Origin: the human T2T-CHM13v2.0 reference genome, Homo sapiens
Length of the DNA stretch: 64,000 nt
Direction: 5' to 3' (one strand)
Assembly: GCF_009914755.1 (NCBI RefSeq)
Contig: NC_060939.1
Shown here: in pieces, positions 52,911-64,000 of the stretch
Layout of the letters: every line of letters begins with the position of its first letter
How positions within the stretch are numbered: the stretch's first letter is position 1
Notes under the pieces: generated by a model
Told to the model about the DNA's origin: nothing
Databases searched by the model: none
What the model saw: the letters and a program-made list of their open reading frames with translations, nothing else
Position numbers and translations under genes: made by a program

Positions 52911-53362
52911 GGGTGTAGTATATTCCTGGTATTGATTGTGCTTTTCATAGTTTAAAAGTAAGACTTGGTGTAAAGGTATGCATTGTGTAGTATAAATGCA
53001 CAGAGAGGAAAGGAGAGATTGGGTACAAATTCAGGAAGGCATGAAGTGTTGATGTCATGACACTTAGCCCATCCTTGCTCTGCACAGACCACGTTTCTCA
53101 CCACTGTGCTGGTATGTAGACACCAGCATGATCTTCTGAAGCCTCGGATAATTTGGTGTGGATAGCTTTCTTTTGGATTCTTTTAAATTTTGTTATCTTA
53201 AAGCTTTCCATAGTATTTCATATGGATAGGCCACAGTTACTTTCCATTTACTATTATACTTTTATATATTTTTTCTTATTTTGGTATGAGAAACAATGTT
53301 GGAATAATCATGCCTAGACATAAATAAGCCAATTTCAAAATGTTTGTAGGGGAGACTCATAG

Positions 53363-53918
53363 TGTTGCCAGAAAAAGGGGCCCGGACCCAGACCCCAAAA
53401 GAGGGTTCTTGGATCTCTAGCAGGAAGGAATTCAAGGCGAGATGCAGAGTGCACTGAAAAGAGAGAGTTTATTGAAAGCTACTCAGCTATAGAGTAGAGC
53501 ATCCTCAGAAAGCAAGAGGAGAAATGCCTTGTATTTAAGTTTTTTTTATGTAAGTGTCTTGTCTATGTAAAGACTAAACTAAGCTGTGTCTACGTGCAGA
53601 TGGGTTGAGAGCATGACAAAATTTACTATTCTGTTGATTTAAAGAAAATGGTCCTTGACATTTTAGTAAGTACATCAAAGCCATAACTGTAAGTAACTTG
53701 AAAGCATATATTGTTATGGGTATTGGGACATCTGGATTTTGTGTTGTTGTAGGAGTGTATCCTTGCACCGGTAGCCTAGGTATTGTTAAGCTGTTTCCTC
53801 AATTATAAACATGACTATGGGTTGTGACCAGCAAGGAATGTGCCTTAGTTAATCTCAAGATGGAGCTGAACTTAAAATGCCATTACTTTGGCTCTAACCA
53901 GCTCCTGCTTCCATAACA
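53363..53918 (-). mobile_element. MER41-related LTR (MER41C/D/E-like)
   Basis: tgttgccagaaaaaggggcccggacccagaccccaaaagagggttcttgga end; ctcaagatggag near the other end. Confidence 0.7.
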
Positions 53919-54272
53919 GTGGGGTCAAAAGGTGTTCCTTTAAAATCTTCCTAGACACTGCCAAATTGCTTTTGGAAACTTCTCACCTGGTGAGATGGCA
54001 TGAGTATCTTTGGCTCATTTTTCTACATAGACTTGGAAACAGTTTTATGTTTATAAAATATGTATCACCTCATTTATAAATTTGTTTGAATAATTTAACC
54101 ATTTTGCTTTTATTAGCTATTTTGCTACTCTCTGTTTTCCTTGCCTGAGTCTTTCCCACATCTCTGCAACATTGTATCATTTCCCACACCTAAAACCAAA
54201 GAGGGACAGGCAAGCCAGTGGAGAGAGCAGAGGCTGATGAGAACGAAGGATTTTCCAGGAAGGAATCTGGGG

Positions 54273-54273
<1 letters not shown>

Positions 54274-54306
<33 letters not shown>
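54274..54306. repeat. (TG)n microsatellite
   Basis: Direct reading. Confidence 0.95.
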
Positions 54307-54310
<4 letters not shown>

Positions 54311-54579
54311 CTGGGTGTGTGAATATTGTTTTTATTAGCCTGTAGCCCACGTGTTGCATGGCCATATTTTTACTATCAGGATATAAAACACACTTACACA
54401 CAGCTGCATACAAATGCAATGAGTTTATTTTTCATATACATTTCAAAATAATAGTGTGAACAGACCAGAACTCTTCTTCAAAGTTCAAGAATGTCCTCAT
54501 GGATCCAGCATCCGTCTGGTTTCTGTTTCTGCATTCTCAGTACATAGACTCACTTCTCTTTCTCCAATTTTGGAGGATG

Positions 54580-55063
54580 TGTAAAAAATTTTATTCTTAA
54601 CCAAACATTAGGCTCCGGAACGTTCTCTTAACTCCATCCATGCACTTTCTTGTAAAATGCAGTTTTAACAAGAACACTGCTAAGTTAGTTTAGCAAGACC
54701 CCCACACCTTAGACATCTGATCACCTTCTATATCTTATCAGGTTCCTCATCCTCCACCATCCCTTAAGTGATCATCCCAGCTTGTCTTCAGCAAGAATCC
54801 TATTAGATCAATTTAGCCAGAATCCCTCTTGCCCCTGATGTTAATTCTTAGTAATTTTCCAACCACTAGTCCCCACCCTGTTCCTTGGCTATAAATTGCC
54901 ACTTGCCCATGCTGTACTTAGAGTTACTTAGAGTTGAGTCTCACTCTCTCCCACACTGCAAGGCCCCATTACGGCGGTCCCTAAATCTATTGCAGTGGTC
55001 CCGAATAAAGTCTTCCTTACTATGCATTAACACGTATCATTGAATATGACTTTTTCTTTAACA
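54580..55063 (+). mobile_element. ERV1 solo LTR (MER31/MER67-like)
   Basis: TG...CA ends, TATAAA (~54890), AATAAA (~55004), TSD-like GATG/GATA. Confidence 0.7.
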
Positions 55064-55596
55064 GATACTTTGACGAAGGTAATTGGGACTCCCATCAAGT
55101 CTCCACACAGCTAGCAGCCACGTGGGGCACTTCTCCAGGTAAGGATTGTCCCTGTTCCACTTATGTTCCTGTCAGTAAAATGGTAGGTTCAGTGTCAGGC
55201 TTTACCATTTTCTTCAGGAGAGACCCATCTGATATTTAGTCAGCCATCAGATGGGTCCAGCCATAGCACACATTAGCTGTGACATGACGTCGTTTATGAC
55301 AATGACTTTGAGCAGAGTTGCACACCTAAAAAGGGACTCAATTAAAATTATCATTCATTTTAGTTATTTCTCAGATGCATTTATTATTTCCATTTTCCAA
55401 AACTCCTAATGTTACATTTCTTCTTCACATGTTAGATATGAACAAAGTAAGACTAACTGTGGCCACATCCTCTTTACTTAGGACCCTACCCAAAGTGGCA
55501 GGAATGGGATGTAAAGTGACATAATCAGACACAGTCAAACTGGCTTTTAATCATTAAGTATCATTGTCATCTCAAAGCACTTGGCATAGTTACTGA

Positions 55597-56007
<411 letters not shown>

Positions 56008-56123
56008 TAATGCTGAGTTGAACTTTGTCTCTGGCCATGAGCATCAGTCCATGTATTATAATAGGTTTGGGTTGGGTGTGGTGGCTCACACCTGTAATCC
56101 CAGCACTTTGGGAGGCCGAGGCA

Positions 56124-56470
56124 GGCTCACAGGTAAACAATTTAGACAAAGTTTTCACATTCTCTGAGATTTGTATACATTGGAGATTCAGAAAAATGTA
56201 ACCGAAAATTAAACTATAAGTGGAATAGCTGCCTTTGGGGGCTGAGAAGACAGGCATCAGACCTGGGATAGACAAGGGAGGCCTCTTGTTCCTTGAAATG
56301 ATACCCCAGCCCATGAGGTCTGCATGCCAGGAAGCCAAATGAGTGAGGATGGTCTGTGTCCGCTGGGGAGGTCCCTGGATGTTGCCAAGAGGGATAGGGT
56401 CTGAGAAAGAGTGAGGATGGAGTCAGGCAGAGAGGACCCCCCAGGCTCATGGATGGACTGACCTGAGGAC
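56124..56470 (+). repeat. Truncated copy of the unit block (paralog of 19830-20440 and 31197-31360), preceded by an Alu 5' stub (56069-56124)
   Basis: gctgagaagacaggcatcagacctggga; gagtgaggat..tgtgtc..gaggtccctg; cagagaggaccc. Confidence 0.85.
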
Positions 56471-56631
56471 TTATATTAAGTCATAGGACAGTAGAGAAAG
56501 TAAGAGCCAAGCATAATGTAATCCTAACAATGTAAAAAGTATTAATCATTTTATTATTAGTTAATGTCACTGAACTGTACACTTAAAATGGCTAAAAAGG
56601 TAAATTTTAGGTTACATATATTTTACCGTAA

Positions 56632-57093
<462 letters not shown>

Positions 57094-57443
57094 TAAGAAT
57101 GCAAAAGTAATTATCAGATGTTTGTCACATCTTAACAAAATAGGACCTTATTTTCCTAGATGTTGCTGCATTCAGTCCCTTTCTTGGTATGGTAAAAGCA
57201 TCAATCAGCCAGGGAGGCAACTATAAATACAGAAGAGCAGTTTCCTACAGATAGTCAACCATGCTACCCCTCTTACTGACTTAATTTTAATATTGGAGCC
57301 TGGCACAATTAACCTAGTTTCCTCGTAAACACAAGAACAACGTACTGCAATCAATGTAGGCATATACAGGCTCTTAAAGTTCTGAGAAGCAGCAAGTAAG
57401 TTCATCATTTACTAAGATCCTTGACATTCTTCTGTTTCTGTGA

Positions 57444-57788
<345 letters not shown>

Positions 57789-57853
57789 TAGAAGAAAAAG
57801 AAAATTTGATTTATTTTAAAATATAATGGTTTAGTCTGTAGCAAGTAATATTA

Positions 57854-58160
<307 letters not shown>

Positions 58161-58322
58161 TAACACGAATTCTTAAGAGAGGTGAACCAGGGATGGGATT
58201 GTGGATCAATCATGCAAAGACCGACTCCTCTGGGCTTCATTTCCTCCATACTGAATGTGCATCCCTACATGTTCATGTTGTTGTTTCATAGGTAGTGCAG
58301 GGGATCAGAATAGGATACCCCT

Positions 58323-58629
<307 letters not shown>

Positions 58630-58634
58630 TCAAT

Positions 58635-59400
<766 letters not shown>

Positions 59401-59462
59401 ATTTTGGCTTGTCAGAAATAATCACAACATGTGGAGAAATAGATAAAATGCCATTTTTAAAA

Positions 59463-59748
59463 TTATTATTATTTTTTATTTTTTTGATAGAGTCTCGTTC
59501 TATCGCCCAGGCTGCAGTGCAGTGTCATGATCTCAGCTCACTGCAACCTCCACCACCCAGGTCCAATCAGTTCTTGTGACTCAGCCTCCCCAGTAGCTGT
59601 GATTTCAGGCATGCACCACCACGCTTGGCTAATGTTTGTATTTTTAGCAGAGATGGGATCTTGCTATGTTGGCCAGGCTAGCCTGAAACTCCTGGCCTCA
59701 AGTGATCTGCCCGCCTTCGCCTCCTTAAATGCTGGGAATACAGTTGTG
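59463..59748 (-). mobile_element. Alu (old J/S type)
   Basis: Antisense Alu. Confidence 0.9.
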
Positions 59749-59964
59749 TAATGGTATTTTTTTTTTGAGACAAGGTCTCAAAATGGCATTTTTTTTGAGA
59801 CAGGGTTGTTGCTCTATTTACCAAAGACTATACAAGATTATGTGAACTTAAAATAATATTCGGGTTAATTTCTGTATTTCTAAGTTTTAGGAATACTTAG
59901 TTATGTAAGCATTTACTTCCCTTTAAGTCAATTAAATTCTCTTTTAAGGAACTTTATAAATTAA

Positions 59965-60327
<363 letters not shown>

Positions 60328-61070
60328 TAATACCATCAGAGGCAGAAAAATTTCACACAGATGGAGAGACATACATAAACATACAGGCAAATATCAAAAG
60401 AGATCTTCTAGCTATCATTCTAAAATCTTAGCCATGAATCAGAAACACATAGTAATACAAAGTCACTGTTTTATATATAACAGTTATCTCTCATATTTTC
60501 TCCATTTCATATTTTTTCCCTATTGTCCCTGGTAAATGGGACAAGTTAAGGCTATGTACTAAATATTAGGCCTAATGCTTTTTACCAATATTCATGGAGA
60601 AGGTTTTTAAGAATCTTCATTTGCCCTGTGAAGCCCTTTTGAAGGCTGTGGACTAAATGTTAAATGAGTCACTGCAAAGACATCTAACAGCTATCGAAAT
60701 GTCTCCACCACCCATCTGAGTGGATAAAATATCCAGTCTATTTCCAAATAGTCTTTTTTTCCTCTTCAGCCTTGGTACTTACTTTTGGAGGACTCTGAGT
60801 CCCTTGACAGCAGGGTGGACTAAAGTTTAAGAGAAGAAGTCTGACAGGGGAGGAAGACAGAGAGATGGAGAAGGTAGGAGTTTGAAGGGATCATATCCAG
60901 GACTCAAAGGAACTGAATGGAAGATTGAAAGTGGCAAGAGTAGGAAGGAGGAACAGAAAGAGGGGGAAGGAAGAGGTCTTAAGGGAACCAGCTGGGGGAG
61001 ATATTAAATTCCCCAAAGAGGCTAGTGAAGCTCCAAATTATCCTTAGCAAAATCAGGCCGGGTGTGGTGG

Positions 61071-61476
<406 letters not shown>

Positions 61477-61742
61477 TCAAGAAAAGGCTTTTTGTCAATG
61501 GATAAGTTTACATGGGAAGATCCAGATCAAAAGGAGAGAACAGAGAGGACTTAAGAAAATTGTTCCTATTGGCTGGGTGTGGTGGCTTATGCCTGTAATC
61601 CCAGCACTTTGGGAGGCTGAGGCAGGCGGATCACCTAAGGTCAGGAGTTCAAGACCAGCCTGACCAACATGGTGAAACCCCGTCTCTACTAAAAATACAA
61701 AAATTAGCTGGGCATGGAGGTGCACGTCTGTAATCCCAGTTA

Positions 61743-61916
<174 letters not shown>

Positions 61917-61973
61917 CTATCAGCTTCCCATTAGGCCAACTATTGATCATAGAGGTCTTAAAAAATCCTTTCA

Positions 61974-62297
<324 letters not shown>

Positions 62298-62386
62298 TCA
62301 AGAGGAAAGGTAAATATTCCTGATAGTACATTCCCATTAAAAAAAAAATGTACCCGTTACAAGTGACTTGGAACCAAAATCCATAG

Positions 62387-62491
62387 ATTCTTTCATGGTT
62401 CTTTATCGGTATGGTGATAGGGTTTTCATATTCATGTGTGAGATGTGCCTCCCTCAGTCCTTGTTATGACATCATTACGTGTCTGACATGA
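62387..62491 (+). pseudogene. U13 (SNORD13) snoRNA retropseudogene
   Basis: tgtgtgagatgtgcctccctc..ccttgttatgac..cattac..gtctgacatga resembles U13; A-rich tail to ~62565; TSD-like aatcc(a/g)ta. Confidence 0.8.
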
Positions 62492-62718
62492 CAAAAAGGA
62501 AAAGAGAAAAAGGTGGAGAAAGGTAAAAAATAGGAAAAGAAAAACTGAAGGAAAAAGGAAAAAAACCCAATCCGTAAGCCTTTTATGACTTACCCATGAA
62601 TGCAGAGGCATCTTCAAAGAGGGTGCAAAAAATGCAGCCCTCTAAAGATGCCAAACCACTCTCAAAGATAGCCAAAAGAAAGGCAGGCCTAGATACTCCC
62701 CCTGAGAGCTGGCAATAG

Positions 62719-63063
<345 letters not shown>

Positions 63064-63499
63064 TAGCCAGGATGTGTCTTGATCTCCTGACCTCGTGATC
63101 CGCCCGCCTCGGCCTCCCAAAGTGCTGGGATTACAGGCGTGAGCCACCGTGCCCAGCCGAAACAAAGCCAAATTCTTGACACAAAATGACAGAAACAGAA
63201 AAGCAATAGCTGCTCCTGGGAGGGAAAGGATCAATAACCAATAGGCACCACAAAATCAAGCTACAGTCACAATCTAGATAATGAATTTTTATAATTTTTT
63301 TCCTATCCATCTGCATTGGGAAAATAAGGGACAAGGAGTTTTTACTTTCTTCTCTTGACCGGGAACTACTGACAGAGATCTGGGAGAGCTGACTTTGGTG
63401 AAAATTCTCACCTTGCACAGGCTTGTGTCTGTTTTCCAGAATCCTACCTGCAGACTCCAGAATGAAGTGTCCCAGCTGTCCCTTTCTCGTTGCCAGAAA

Positions 63500-64000
63500 C
63501 TTCTACCCTTCTCATTCCTTTGCTTGTCCCCCTGTAACAAGAGACAGATTAATGAGAGAAAATCATGCAAGTTGATTTACTGTATGTTTTATGTAACATG
63601 AGTCTTCATAAGAAAACTAAGCCCAAAAGAAGCAGTTAAACCTGAGTGTTTTTTTTGCTGGTCTGATGAAGAGCGAAGAGTCATGGAGAAATGTAATGGG
63701 ACCAAAAGGTGTCAGCTAAGTGTAATAAACTGGGGGAAACAGCAAGGGCTATTCCTTCAGATTCCTCTCAGTGTCCCTGTGTCTTCAGAGATAAAGATCT
63801 TTTCCTCTGGGTAAAGCGTGGCAGCTCTCACATGAGGGTTTTATTACTTGCTTCAGCAGAAAGTCAAAAAGCCCTTCCCAGGTTTTATGACCTCTTTCAG
63901 CGAAAGGTGAGAAAGTCCTTCCTACACATTTGGTTTCTGAAATTCCTTCAGCTTAAAATATTCATTATGCCAAGTTTCCATATTTTGGGTTGGCATGTCC
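63500..64000 (-). mobile_element. MER4-group LTR (MER34/MER39-like), 5' LTR of the internal region to its left; runs off the window
   Basis: taacaagagacagattaatgagagaaaa; cctctcagtgtccctgtgtcttcag; aaattccttcagcttaaaata. Confidence 0.7.

Noticed and set aside
55455-55485. Minus-strand GAGGATGTGGCC resembling the KRAB-A 'EDVA' start
   Set aside because: No acceptor, no VTF before or F(S/T)xEEW after; no C2H2/TGEKPY coding anywhere in the window

Overview
Human or great-ape genomic DNA, dominated by repeats. It holds about 60 Alu copies or fragments (roughly a quarter of the window), old L1M fragments, many ERV1/ERVL/MaLR LTRs, two decayed proviral internal regions, Tigger/Kanga/MER58 DNA transposons and a U13 snoRNA retrocopy. 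I find no credible protein-coding gene; the supplied ORFs come from Alu, L1, ERV or GC-rich sequence. I cannot name the locus. With young repeats removed, the window reads as an old direct-orientation tandem array of four partial paralogous units. Three units end in a short CpG promoter-like module: P1 (~16.9 kb) and P3 (~47.0 kb) are clearly homologous, and P2 (~25.1 kb) is more diverged. P1 and P3 share ETS, YY1-like, NRF1-like and upstream CTCF-like motifs, but no coding body is visible. P1 alone carries a perfect 100% GC 18-mer VNTR, (GGGGGCGGGGGCGGCGGC)x6.7. Several local templated insertions and duplications are also visible. Repeat subfamily names come from recalled consensus sequences, and repeat boundaries are approximate.
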